Assembly: GCA_963729535.1 (NCBI GenBank)
Contig: CAVSOL010000025.1
Location: 1,646-65,645, forward strand
DNA length: 64,000 bases
From: an uncultured Pseudomonadota bacterium
GTDB taxonomy: Bacteria > Myxococcota_A > Polyangia > Fen-1088
Direction: 5' to 3'
Within the stretch, counting starts at the first letter, position 1. Every line of letters begins with the position of its first letter. Of this stretch, positions 28,101-36,702 are shown one piece after another. The notes beneath the pieces are model-generated. The model was not told the origin of the DNA, did no database searches, and worked only from the letters and a program-made list of their open reading frames with translations. Made by a program: the position numbers and the translations under genes.

Positions 28101-29702
28101 GACGTCCGCGTCACCGTCGAACGTCCGACGACCGGGGTCGGTCAGACGCTGCTCAACACAGGGCCGCAGGCCTCCGGCGCCACGCCGACCGCGGATGGTC
28201 CCGCGGGCCGCGCCGCCGCGCTGGGCGTCGCCACGCGCATCCCGACCACGACGCAAAGCTACGTGCTCAACGACGAAGGCGTCGACGGCGATGTCGAGCC
28301 GCGCAACGCCTACTGGAGCCGGACCATCCCCGACTCCGATACGCCCGGACAGTGTCTGGTCGACGGCATGTACAAGATGCACTTCACGGCCAACTTCACC
28401 AAGAACGGCTGCACCACGCGGCGCGAGCTGGTGCGCTCCACCTTCGTCGACGTCGGCGTCGACCCGCGGGTCAGCAACCTGGTCATCACGCCGCAGACCA
28501 ACGGCATGGTGGTGAACGTCTGTCCGCAGGACCGCTGCGGCAACAAGTCGGGTTGGGGGCGGCGCATCAGCTGCAACCCGAGCCCCGGCTGCAGCTGCGC
28601 ACCGTCGGACATCGTCGACCACGGCAACGGCTGCTATTCGATCACCGTTCACTCGAGCCCGGGCGTCGGCACCTGCACCATCGACGGCACCGGCAAGCCG
28701 ATCGACGTCAAGGTGCCTGTCGTCGCCAACGCGGGACCCGATCAGCTCCTGCAGTGCTCGGGTGGTGGCGCCAACGCCCAGCTCGACGGGCGGCAGTCGT
28801 TCGATTCGAACGGCGCGCAGCTGACCTACCTGTGGACGGCGTCCGGGATCACGTTCAGCAATCCGGCCAGCGCGACGCCGACCGCCCGCTTCCCGATCGG
28901 GACGACGGTGGTAACGCTGCGGGTGACCAGCCCCAGCGGCGGCATCGCCACCGACACGGTCCTGATCACGGTCGTCGACACGCAGCCTCCCGTGCTGGTG
29001 GTTCCGCCCGACATCACGATCTCGCAGTGCAACAGCCCGAACGTCGGAACCGCGACCGTGAGCGACGTCTGCGGTGGCACTGTGACGCTCACCAACAACA
29101 AGCCCACGCGCTTCCCGCTGGGGACGACGGTGGTGACGTACTTCGCGGTCGATCGCTTCGGCAACGCGACGTCGGCAACACAGCGGGTGACCGCCGTGCT
29201 CGGCGACGACACGTCGTGCTGCCCGCCGGGGACGACGATAAGGGTCGGGACGCCCAGCAACGACACGCTGACCGGCACCGCCGGCTCGGACTGCATCCTG
29301 GGCCGCGGCGCGCAGGACACCATCAACGGCCTGGGTGGCAACGACTTCATCTCGGGCGGCGAGGGGAACGACGTCATCGACGGCGGCTCGGGCAACGACT
29401 GGCTGTTCGGCGGCGGCGGTCAGGACACGCTGCGCGGCGGTCTGGGCAACGACACCCTCGACGGCCTCGACGGTGACGACCAGTGCTTCGGCGGTGACAA
29501 CGAAGACACCATCCGAGGCGGGCAAGGGCAGGACAGGCTGTTCGGGGAGAACGGAAACGATCAGCTGTCCGGCGACGACGGCGACGATCGCCTGGAGGGC
29601 GGCGCCGGCAACGACGCGCTCAACGGCGGTGGGCTGCACGACACCTGCATCGGCGGAGCGGGCACCGACACCTTCGCGCTGTGCGAATCGGTGACGCAAT
29701 GA
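25161..29702 (+). CDS. Giant secreted multidomain protein: type-3-copper (tyrosinase-like) domain, VWA, large unknown region, PKD/HYR-like modules, C-terminal RTX Ca-binding repeats
   Basis: GGGAGG RBS and signal peptide (VGVAALSVLLLSDARA). CuB-like HHGNFHGEVG...SPRDPMFWRLHKRLDDTVRAW and WLAFHRQFELDFD. VWA MIDAS VVIDRSGSMS...LLLTDGLEN. HYR-like PPVLVVPPDITI...FPLGTTVVTYFAVDRFGN. At least 9 GGxGxD-type nonapeptides (GGEGNDVIDGGSGNDWLFGGGGQDTLRGGLGND...). Confidence 0.9.
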   Translation: MGRLVSPRTCGAVGVAALSVLLLSDARAEHCWEYVDGFDPLTGNVNFSGFEFTKTPFQCVQQGNLSNACSWGPGQSCTVGGTCCTSIPEPASQQTVLDMHSEWHECFGPVGQRGSGDPPPFAGRSARWLAFHRQFELDFDLMRESLFGCGPGRCVTGTCSNSSSISCTTDDQCSARDGCFFEALDWRTDMVHPYGHFGGGLQVGQHPNNCGIGPSRPNDVICTACQPLPACLYNAGAGPLNGQAPTTSTAANCLGFQAETLNTLPNLEVVAQILDSSHHGNFHGEVGAPLAGACTSNAECVARAAAAPPTSPPCNTATGEFCPICDGTCVYVSDVFQPACSPRDPMFWRLHKRLDDTVRAWQETHPIDLSVVIDRSGSMSETDSSGATKIQVATEALRMLADLVPDGQSSRVGVVSYSTDVTADMPMTSATTAKTAIEAVADGLESRVGGCTSIGSGLQGAVNQLCHGVSTDPAPSAGKTSCNPNHNQIPGGGENERKGILLLTDGLENRAPCLRSAGATPTATCGDTCGGEQFDFRLLGQHTQMCAIGFGQAQSINGNLLTLVAEQQGGIYMQSPAKGPDDQEGVNGTGRWVDLKDFFVKCFAQLSNEFVGIDPKGTLTADEFSTPPVPYGTCDDDRLTFVGGWNRPGSGIRLLVNAPSGALVRPGDPAVESSGQDTWGFMRTPLPLNGERAGTWTAQLIRQHDSYVNGFTTDALAPDVAVPMVRKQIQRICPTGCDSVLYFEDGRLGPRSSYEDALAAELATGLIGSVVRATDASDFHAKLNSVPVWPLVVYAHQMTEGDEPYDLDFLGDVCGGRQRAIVTETRGLDNINQTPAPGDANFIPWNINRCTGGEPFGETNFTHIDGDDRLLTGSHTLTNHGYARFSYGQVLATLGGGTQATASSYALAMGAVSAEGGTPCLYEGCETPPTQNWFINILVRGMSQLEDVATRFSYRTGESGIQASARVLPANLPVGGYDVSDVRVTVERPTTGVGQTLLNTGPQASGATPTADGPAGRAAALGVATRIPTTTQSYVLNDEGVDGDVEPRNAYWSRTIPDSDTPGQCLVDGMYKMHFTANFTKNGCTTRRELVRSTFVDVGVDPRVSNLVITPQTNGMVVNVCPQDRCGNKSGWGRRISCNPSPGCSCAPSDIVDHGNGCYSITVHSSPGVGTCTIDGTGKPIDVKVPVVANAGPDQLLQCSGGGANAQLDGRQSFDSNGAQLTYLWTASGITFSNPASATPTARFPIGTTVVTLRVTSPSGGIATDTVLITVVDTQPPVLVVPPDITISQCNSPNVGTATVSDVCGGTVTLTNNKPTRFPLGTTVVTYFAVDRFGNATSATQRVTAVLGDDTSCCPPGTTIRVGTPSNDTLTGTAGSDCILGRGAQDTINGLGGNDFISGGEGNDVIDGGSGNDWLFGGGGQDTLRGGLGNDTLDGLDGDDQCFGGDNEDTIRGGQGQDRLFGENGNDQLSGDDGDDRLEGGAGNDALNGGGLHDTCIGGAGTDTFALCESVTQ

Positions 29703-30132
29703 ACCGCTCGCGACTGCTCGCCACCGCGCTCGCCGTCGGCTTCGTCGCCGCCGGGGCGGTGATGTACTTCGCCGTCGGGAGGGCGCCGCGGCAGGAACGA
29801 GCGCTGATCGAACGACGCGCCCACGCAAAGCAAACCAACGGTGCCAGGCCGCCGCACGCGAAGCGGGTAGCGCCGGGTGACGAGGCGCCGCCGTTCCAGG
29901 CGCCCGCCGAGCCCGACATGCCGGAGGGGGATCGCCGGCGCGCGTCCCCTACCTGCAGGCGATGATCGCCGGCGACGAAAACGCGTTGCAGCTCGCGCGC
30001 GACGGGCTGGTCGCGGCGCAGGCGGGCCCGGGCCCCGCCTCACCCGGCCACCTCCGCAACCTGCACGAGATGGAGCGGATCTACGCCGAGCGCCTGGCGC
30101 GCCATCAGCGCGCGCTCGCGGAATCAAACTAG
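29699..30132 (+). pseudogene. Small single-TM protein translationally coupled (ATGA) to the giant gene; one frame break in a G5 run
   Basis: MNRSRLLATALAVGFVAAGAVMYFAV.... The frame stops at 29965, but the coding-like frame resumes (...VPYLQAMIAGDENALQLARDGLVAAQ...ERLARHQRALAESN*) if one G is added to G5 at 29926-29930. Confidence 0.55.
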
Positions 30133-30211
30133 AGCGCTGTCGGCACCCGCCCGCGCGACAATGCTCGGTGGCGTGCAGCTCGTGCACCAGCCGCCGGGCG
30201 ACGTGAAACAC

Positions 30212-30239
30212 GTCTAGTCGACCGAATGGTCGACTAGAC
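30212..30239. terminator. Perfect 12-bp-stem hairpin/palindrome
   Basis: GTCTAGTCGACC-GAAT-GGTCGACTAGAC, 80 nt after stop 30132; no U tract. Confidence 0.45.
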
Positions 30240-30437
30240 CCACGCGTCATTGGCCCAGATAACGCGTTCCGCCCACTCGCCCCGGTCCCAGATCGCCCGT
30301 GTGCACTTGGCCCGCCGCCCGATGCCTCGGTCGTCGCGGTTTCGTCGCTCACCCCACCTTTTCTGTAAAAAAGCCGCTGGCAGCCAGCAGTGTAGCGTAG
30401 GCGCGCATTGCATCGCCCAGAGCGCCTAGGAGTGACC

Positions 30438-32204
30438 ATGAGCCTGATCGCGTGCAAACGTTCTTGGCGGGTGCCCTTTGGAGGAAACCTCGCGGGACTG
30501 CTCGCTATTCTGCTGTCGGGCTGTGTGGGACAGGTCGGGCAGCAATCCCCGCCGCAGGGAGCCGGCGGAACCGGTGCACCACAGGGAGCTGGCGGAACCG
30601 GCGTACCGCAGGGATCTGGCGGCGGCGGGATCATGCCGACGGGAGCCGCGGGTGCATCCGGCATGCCGCTGGACTGCACCGGGCCGCACCTCGAGGCATC
30701 GCCGATTCGCCGCCTGACCCGCCGCGAGTACAACACCGTCGTCAACCATCTACTCGGCGACACCACCAGGCCGGCCGACCAGTTCGTGTCGGAGACCGCG
30801 CAATCTGGCTTTCTCAACGGCGCCGACAGCACGCCTTTGAGTCCGGTCGTCGTCGATGACTTCGAGCGCGCAGCAACGACGCTGGCCAAAAACGCGACGG
30901 CGGCGGCCAACCTGAGGAATCTGCTCGGTTGCGATCCGAACGCGACTGCCGGACAGGATACCTGCGCGACCAACTTCATCCGCAGCTTCGGAGCGCGCGC
31001 GTTCCGCAGGACCCTCGATGATGCGCAGGTCGCCGACTATCAGTCGCTCTACATGACCCGGAAGGCAGACGGGTTCGCGGTGGCCATCGAGCTGGTCGTC
31101 CGCGCCATCTTGCAGTCGCCGTATTTCCTTTACCGAGTCGAGTTCGGCGAGGCGAATCCCAGCGGCGCTGCCATCGTGAAACTGACGCCGGAGGAGACGG
31201 CGGCGCGGCTGGCCTTGCTGTTCTGGGGCGGCCTTCCCGACGCGACGCTCACGCAGGCCGCGAAAGACGGGAAACTGAACACGTCGGCTGACGTGCGGGC
31301 GCAGGCCAACCGCATGCTCACGGACGCAAAGGGCAGCGCCGTGTTCACCGACTTTCACGTCCAGTGGGGACAGCTCGAAGGCCTGCCAAACCTCACCAAG
31401 CCTGCGCCGTTCACGCCCGACGTCGGCCGACTGCTCATCGAAGAGACGAAGGAGTTCGTCGACCAGACCTTGCGCAAGGGCGACGGGCTGCTCACGACCC
31501 TGTTTACCAGCCCCGTCACGTACCTCAATCAACAGCTCGCGACGTATTACGGTGTCACAGGCGTAACCGGGACAACTTTCGTGCCGGTGACGCTGCCGGC
31601 CGGTCAACGCGCCGGGCTTCTGACACAGGGGAGCATCGCCGCGAACTTCGCCCACGGAACGGAGTCGTCGCCGGTGCTGCGCGGCAAGTTCATCCTCTCG
31701 CAAGTGTTGTGCTCGCCGCCCCAGCCGCCGCCCGACAACATCGACACCAGCCTGCCTGCCCCGGATCCCACGAAGACCGCACGGCAGCAGTTGACCGAGC
31801 TAACGGGCACCGGCGTCTGCGCCTCCTGCCACTCGCTGCTGAATCCGATCGGCTTCGCCCTCGATCACTTTGATGGTCTGGGGCGCTATCGCGCGACCGA
31901 TCGCGGGATGGCCATCGATACGAGCGCGCAGGTGGTGTTCCCGGCCGATCTGAGGGGGACCTACACCGGTCATGAAGACTTCTTGCGCGGGCTCGCGAAC
32001 AGCAACGCCGCCCGGAGCTGCCTGTCGTCGAAATGGTTCATCTACAGCCACGGCCGTGTGCCCGGGGCCGAAGATGCCTGCTCGCTGTCAGCGGCGGCCA
32101 CCGCTTTCAAGAACGACGGCAACGTTCGTGAGCTGCTGCTCAGCATCACCGAGACACCCGCCTTTCTCTACCTCCGGACCACCCCGCAAGGAGTTTCGCC
32201 GTGA
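30438..32204 (+). CDS. DUF1587/DUF1592/DUF1595/DUF1588/DUF1585-family lipoprotein
   Basis: AGGAG RBS then ATG 30438; lipobox LLSGC. Family hallmarks: IRRLTRREYNTVVNHLLGD, LQSPYFLYRVE, SSPVLRGKFILSQVLC, CASCHSLLNPIGFALDHFDGLGRYR. Confidence 0.85.
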   Translation: MSLIACKRSWRVPFGGNLAGLLAILLSGCVGQVGQQSPPQGAGGTGAPQGAGGTGVPQGSGGGGIMPTGAAGASGMPLDCTGPHLEASPIRRLTRREYNTVVNHLLGDTTRPADQFVSETAQSGFLNGADSTPLSPVVVDDFERAATTLAKNATAAANLRNLLGCDPNATAGQDTCATNFIRSFGARAFRRTLDDAQVADYQSLYMTRKADGFAVAIELVVRAILQSPYFLYRVEFGEANPSGAAIVKLTPEETAARLALLFWGGLPDATLTQAAKDGKLNTSADVRAQANRMLTDAKGSAVFTDFHVQWGQLEGLPNLTKPAPFTPDVGRLLIEETKEFVDQTLRKGDGLLTTLFTSPVTYLNQQLATYYGVTGVTGTTFVPVTLPAGQRAGLLTQGSIAANFAHGTESSPVLRGKFILSQVLCSPPQPPPDNIDTSLPAPDPTKTARQQLTELTGTGVCASCHSLLNPIGFALDHFDGLGRYRATDRGMAIDTSAQVVFPADLRGTYTGHEDFLRGLANSNAARSCLSSKWFIYSHGRVPGAEDACSLSAAATAFKNDGNVRELLLSITETPAFLYLRTTPQGVSP

Positions 32205-33712
32205 AGCCGATCAGCCGACGGACCCTGTTGCGTACGGCCACCGGCTTCGCCGTTGGTCTCCCCTTCCTCGAGGCGATGCGTCCGAGCGGAGCGCGTGCCC
32301 AGTCGTTGACGCCGCCCAAGCGGTTCCTCGTCTGGTACACGCCGGTCGGCACGGTCCTGAGCGCGTGGAAACCGACGGGCACCGGCACGGCCTGGACCGC
32401 CGGACGAATCTTGAAGCCGCTCGATGTTCCGGCGATCCGCGAGCGCATGACGATCCTGTCCGGGGTTCACGCGGCAGCCGCGGAGAAGCTCGCGGGCAAC
32501 GGTCACGCGAAAGGCATGACCCACGTCCTCACAGCGCGCCCCTACGTCGAGGTCAAAGGAACCCAGTTCGGCAACGAAGGGTGGGGCGGCGGAATCAGCA
32601 TCGACCAGTTCCTTGCCGCGAAGATGGCGACGGCGGGCCGTCTCAACTCCGTCGAGGCCGGCGTCGTGTCGTTCTACTCGGGCGGTCCCAGCCGGTACAT
32701 GAGCTATTCCGGCGCCGGCCAGGCCAACATCGTGCCGGTCGAATCGGATCCCCGGAAGCTGTTCGCGCGGCTATTCACGGCGGGGATGTCGACGGGGGCG
32801 GGTGGTACGTCGGGCATGATGCCTGAAATCGACCGTCTGGCGGTTCAGCGCAAGAGCGTCCTCGACACGGTGCTCAAGGATCTCACTCGCTTGAAAGGCA
32901 AGCTGGGGGGAGTCGACAGGGAGCGCGTCGAAAAGCATTTCGATCTCGTCCGGCAGGTCGAGCAGAGAATCCAGATCACCGGCGCGGGCGGCGCCGGCGG
33001 CAGTGGCGGGAGCACGCGTCCCCCCGGGTGCACAACGCCCGCGTCGCCGAGCTACACGAACGATCAGGTCAGGGCCAACAATCAGTTGCCGGCGATCGCC
33101 AAGACGACCATGGACCTGATGGCGCTCGGGTTGGCTTGCGATACGGTGCGCGTCGGTTCACTCCTGTGGTCAGCGGGTGAATCCGAATACAACTTCGCCG
33201 AGATTCTGCCGAGCGCGCCCTGGAAGGACCTGTCCTGCCCGCCCAACGTCGACACATGCACGGATGGCAAGAATTTGCCTGCGACGTTTCTGCACGTCAT
33301 GTCGCATTTTCCGCCGTCGACGGCCAACGGTGTGCCTGGAAACCTGAACACCGTTCAGAAGGCGGCTCTCGAATGCCTCACGGTCGTCGAGGAGTGGTTC
33401 TCGCAGCAACTGGCGTATTTCGCGCAGAAGCTCATCGACATCAAGGAAGCGGACGGCAGCAGCATTCTCGACAATACGGTCTTGCTGTCCGTGAAAGACA
33501 TCAGCGAAGGCGTGACGCATGGTTACCGCGACGTGCCTCACGTCTTGCTGGGTGGAAAGGGTCTGTTCAAGCCAGGCCATTTCAGCCTGCAGAATCGCAA
33601 GACCTCGGGTGATCTATACGCGACGATCGCGCAGGCGCTGGGCTACAGCGACGTCGCGAGCTTCGGTGACCCGGCGTACTTCACTGGACCCATCACCGAA
33701 GTCCGCGCGTGA
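32201..33712 (+). CDS. DUF1552 domain protein with twin-arginine signal
   Basis: GTGA overlap with the upstream gene; MKPISRRTLLRTATGFAVGLPFLEAM is the typical DUF1552 N-terminus. Confidence 0.85.
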   Translation: MKPISRRTLLRTATGFAVGLPFLEAMRPSGARAQSLTPPKRFLVWYTPVGTVLSAWKPTGTGTAWTAGRILKPLDVPAIRERMTILSGVHAAAAEKLAGNGHAKGMTHVLTARPYVEVKGTQFGNEGWGGGISIDQFLAAKMATAGRLNSVEAGVVSFYSGGPSRYMSYSGAGQANIVPVESDPRKLFARLFTAGMSTGAGGTSGMMPEIDRLAVQRKSVLDTVLKDLTRLKGKLGGVDRERVEKHFDLVRQVEQRIQITGAGGAGGSGGSTRPPGCTTPASPSYTNDQVRANNQLPAIAKTTMDLMALGLACDTVRVGSLLWSAGESEYNFAEILPSAPWKDLSCPPNVDTCTDGKNLPATFLHVMSHFPPSTANGVPGNLNTVQKAALECLTVVEEWFSQQLAYFAQKLIDIKEADGSSILDNTVLLSVKDISEGVTHGYRDVPHVLLGGKGLFKPGHFSLQNRKTSGDLYATIAQALGYSDVASFGDPAYFTGPITEVRA

Positions 33713-35130
33713 TTCACCGTAGCGGCAGCGGACACCTGCTCCGCTGCATGATGGGACTGTGGGTGGCGACCGCTTCGCTGCTCGGAAGTGGCTGTCTACC
33801 GAGCGCGTCCGGCGGTAACGATGGGCCAAGAGGAGGTACCACCGGGAGCGCGGGCGCGGGCGGCGCCCCGGCAGGTGCGGCGGGAGCAGGTCCGGGCGGA
33901 GCGACTGGTTCGATGGCGGGTGGCGGAGGTGCGCCGGCAACCGGCGGCAGCGGACTGGGTGGCGGCGGCAGCGGACTCGCTGGCAGCGGTAGCGGACTTG
34001 GTGGCAGCGGCAGCGGACTCGCTGGCACGGGCGGCACATCCGGGGCGGGCGGCGCCGCCGATGGAGGCGCGAGCATCGGTGGGCAGGGGGGACGCGCCGG
34101 CAGCGGCGGCGCGGTCGGGGCGGGCGGGGCCGGGGGCGGTGCGGCAGGCGGTGGCGGCCAGGCGGGCCGACCCGATCCAGGCAACGAAGGCGACGGTGAT
34201 TTCAACATCGGTCCGACCTACGTCACGCAACCGGATCTGATGGACCGCGGCGCGCCCAAAGGGCGGAGCTTCCAATTCTCGATGACGCTGGCGAGCAGCA
34301 CCATCTTCGACGGCAAGGATGCAACTCTGGATCGCGCCAAGCCGGTCAACACGACACGCACCATCTCGGTGTACGTGCCGGCCCAATATCAGGACGGCAC
34401 CGCCGCGCCCGTCCTCGTCATTCAGGATGGACCGGGCGACATCAACCTCGTCAAATACGCGCTGGACAACCTGACGGTTGCGCAGGATCCGGCGCGGCGA
34501 ATCCCACCTTTCGTTGCGGTCGCCGTTCAGAACGGCGGCAATGACAGCAAAGGCAGCGAGCGTGGCCTCGAGTACGACACGATGTCCGACCGCTATGCCC
34601 GCTTCATCCACCAGGAGGTTCTGCCCGCGGTGGTGAGCAATTCAATGATCAAGGCCGCGTATCCGAATCTCAAGATCACCGACGACCCGCAGGGCCGGGC
34701 GACGCTGGGTTGTAGCTCCGGCGCGGCCGCTGCCGTGACCATGGCTTGGTTTCGCCCGGACCTGTTCAGCAAAGTCATTTCGTATTCGGGAACGCTCGTC
34801 GATCAACAAGACGACGATGCGCCCGAAGAAGCGATGTATCCGTTCGGTGCCTGGGAATATCACTCGAGCAAGGCGCTCATCGCGAGCTCGCCGAAGAAGG
34901 ATCTGCGAGTCTTCTTGAACGTTGCCGAGAACGATCTGAGCTCCAGTGATGCCGAGTCGACCCATCACAACTGGGTCCTGGCCAATCAGCGGACGGCCGC
35001 GGCGCTCAAAGCGAAGGGCTACCACTATCGCTATGTCTTCGCGCGCGGCGTGGGCCACTGCGACAGCCGCGTGCGCGGCGCGACCCTGGCCGATGCCCTG
35101 ATCTGGGTGTGGCGGGGCTACCAGCCGTGA
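33709..35130 (+). CDS. Lipoprotein esterase (putative esterase / esterase-D-like alpha/beta hydrolase) with Gly-rich linker
   Basis: GTGA overlap; lipobox LGSGC. About 130 aa Gly/Ala linker. GxSxG nucleophile elbow LGCSSGAAAA and a His near the C-terminus (RGVGHCD). Confidence 0.8.
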   Translation: MIHRSGSGHLLRCMMGLWVATASLLGSGCLPSASGGNDGPRGGTTGSAGAGGAPAGAAGAGPGGATGSMAGGGGAPATGGSGLGGGGSGLAGSGSGLGGSGSGLAGTGGTSGAGGAADGGASIGGQGGRAGSGGAVGAGGAGGGAAGGGGQAGRPDPGNEGDGDFNIGPTYVTQPDLMDRGAPKGRSFQFSMTLASSTIFDGKDATLDRAKPVNTTRTISVYVPAQYQDGTAAPVLVIQDGPGDINLVKYALDNLTVAQDPARRIPPFVAVAVQNGGNDSKGSERGLEYDTMSDRYARFIHQEVLPAVVSNSMIKAAYPNLKITDDPQGRATLGCSSGAAAAVTMAWFRPDLFSKVISYSGTLVDQQDDDAPEEAMYPFGAWEYHSSKALIASSPKKDLRVFLNVAENDLSSSDAESTHHNWVLANQRTAAALKAKGYHYRYVFARGVGHCDSRVRGATLADALIWVWRGYQP

Positions 35131-35376
35131 TGGACGTCCCGAGCACCGACGGAGCATTGAAGAAGGCCAAGGCAGCCGCGGGACCGAAAGACGTTTCTTC
35201 TTAAAACAACGGCCGCTCCCGACAATACAGGCAATGACTTGCGCGAATGCCGGCGGTCCGGATGTTCGGACAGCTCATTCCGACCGCATCTGTCGGGCGA
35301 CGATGCCCGTCGCGTACTACGGCGCCGTCTCGCAAAGCCCGTGAACGTGACGTCATTGAAGATCGAGAGGAACACC

Positions 35377-36687
35377 ATGCCTGCATACGCCCACGTTAAA
35401 GGCTCGTCGAAATTCCGTTCCCGCACGATCGCCAGAGGGCTGGTTTTCCTCGTCGGGTGCGCGATGTCCGGCTGTGGCGCCGGATCGGGTGACGGGGCGG
35501 GCGCGGCGGGTGCGTCGGGAACCGCCGGCAGCACGGGAGGCACGTCCAGCGGCGGCCGGGGAGGGACGACGGGCGGCGCCGGGACAGGGCAAGCTGGCAC
35601 GGCTGGCGGCGCCGCGGGCGCGATCGGCACCGCGGGCATCGGCGCGGCCGGGACAAGCGGGAACGCCGGCGCGACCGGTGCGGCAGGTTCCAGCGCGGGC
35701 ACGGCAGGTCAGGGCGGCGGAATGGGCGGCGACGGTGGTAGAGCCACGGGAGCGGCCGGCCGAGGCGGAGGGGCCGGGACAGGGACAGCCGGGCGCGGTG
35801 GCGCTTCCGGGACCGGAGTGGCTGGAGCGGGCGCCGGTGGCGGCGCTGGCGGATCAGGGGCCGCCGTGCCCAGCGCTGGCTGCAGCAAGGCGCCCACCCT
35901 GAAGAACAGCCCAGCAACAGCGATCAACTACAACATGGTAACGAGCGGCGGCATGAGCCGCCGGTACATCCTCCGCTACCCCAGCAACTACGACAATACG
36001 CATCCCTACCGGTTGGTCATCGCGTATCACTGGAACACCGGCAGCGCGTCGCAGGTGTTCGACTGCACCACCGAATCGAGCAGGTGCTACACGACGCAGA
36101 GTCCGTTCTACGGGCTGTGGAATCTGTCGAACAACACCACGATCTTCGTGGCCCCCGACGGGCTCAACGCCGGCTGGGCCAACAGCAATGGCCGCGACGT
36201 CACCTTCACCGACGACATCCTCAAGCAGGTCGAGGACGATCTCTGCATCGACAAGTCGCGGATCTTCGCCAACGGGTTCAGCTACGGCGCGGGCATGTCG
36301 TTCGCGCTCGCCTGCGCGCGTCCGGATGTTTTCCGGGCGGTCGGAATCTACGCTGGCGGGCAGCTCAGCGGCTGCAGCGGAGGCAACTCGCCCGTGGCGT
36401 ACTACGCCACGCACGGGCTGGACGACGGGATTCTCAACATCTCCGGCGGACGCACCATGCGCGACAGGTTCGTGAAGAACAACGGCTGCACGGCCATGAC
36501 TCCGCCGGAGCCGGCCAACAACAGCGGCTCGCACATCTGCACGTCCTACCAGGGATGCTCGGCTGGGCACCCCGTCCGTTGGTGCGCGTTCGATGGCAGC
36601 AACGGTCACGACCCGTCACCCAAGGACCCAGGCCAGTCAATGACCTGGAATCCCGAGGAAGCGTGGAAGTTTTTCACGCAGTTCTGA
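35377..36687 (+). CDS. Lipoprotein esterase of the PHB-depolymerase/feruloyl-esterase-like type with Gly-rich linker
   Basis: GAGAGG then ATG 35377; lipobox AMSGC and a long Gly linker. Also RIFANGFSYGAGMSFALAC (GxSxG), THGLDDG, and a Cys-rich C-terminus. Confidence 0.8.
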   Translation: MPAYAHVKGSSKFRSRTIARGLVFLVGCAMSGCGAGSGDGAGAAGASGTAGSTGGTSSGGRGGTTGGAGTGQAGTAGGAAGAIGTAGIGAAGTSGNAGATGAAGSSAGTAGQGGGMGGDGGRATGAAGRGGGAGTGTAGRGGASGTGVAGAGAGGGAGGSGAAVPSAGCSKAPTLKNSPATAINYNMVTSGGMSRRYILRYPSNYDNTHPYRLVIAYHWNTGSASQVFDCTTESSRCYTTQSPFYGLWNLSNNTTIFVAPDGLNAGWANSNGRDVTFTDDILKQVEDDLCIDKSRIFANGFSYGAGMSFALACARPDVFRAVGIYAGGQLSGCSGGNSPVAYYATHGLDDGILNISGGRTMRDRFVKNNGCTAMTPPEPANNSGSHICTSYQGCSAGHPVRWCAFDGSNGHDPSPKDPGQSMTWNPEEAWKFFTQF

Positions 36688-36702
36688 CCGACCGAACGAT
36701 TC

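Noticed and set aside
29561-30979. 472-aa minus-strand ORF spanning the end of the giant gene and the start of the DUF1592 gene
   Set aside because: Arg/Pro/Gly/Ala-rich low-complexity translation with no motifs. It is antisense to two motif-rich genes, which makes it a typical shadow ORF of GC-rich DNA.
33850-34150. Periodic GGC/GGT-rich DNA in the linker regions (also 2520-2820, 5480-5790, 35480-35870, 36790-37080), considered as possible CRISPR or satellite arrays
   Set aside because: There is no repeat-spacer organisation. The periodicity is codon-level (Gly-x-Gly linkers) and in frame with lipoprotein genes.
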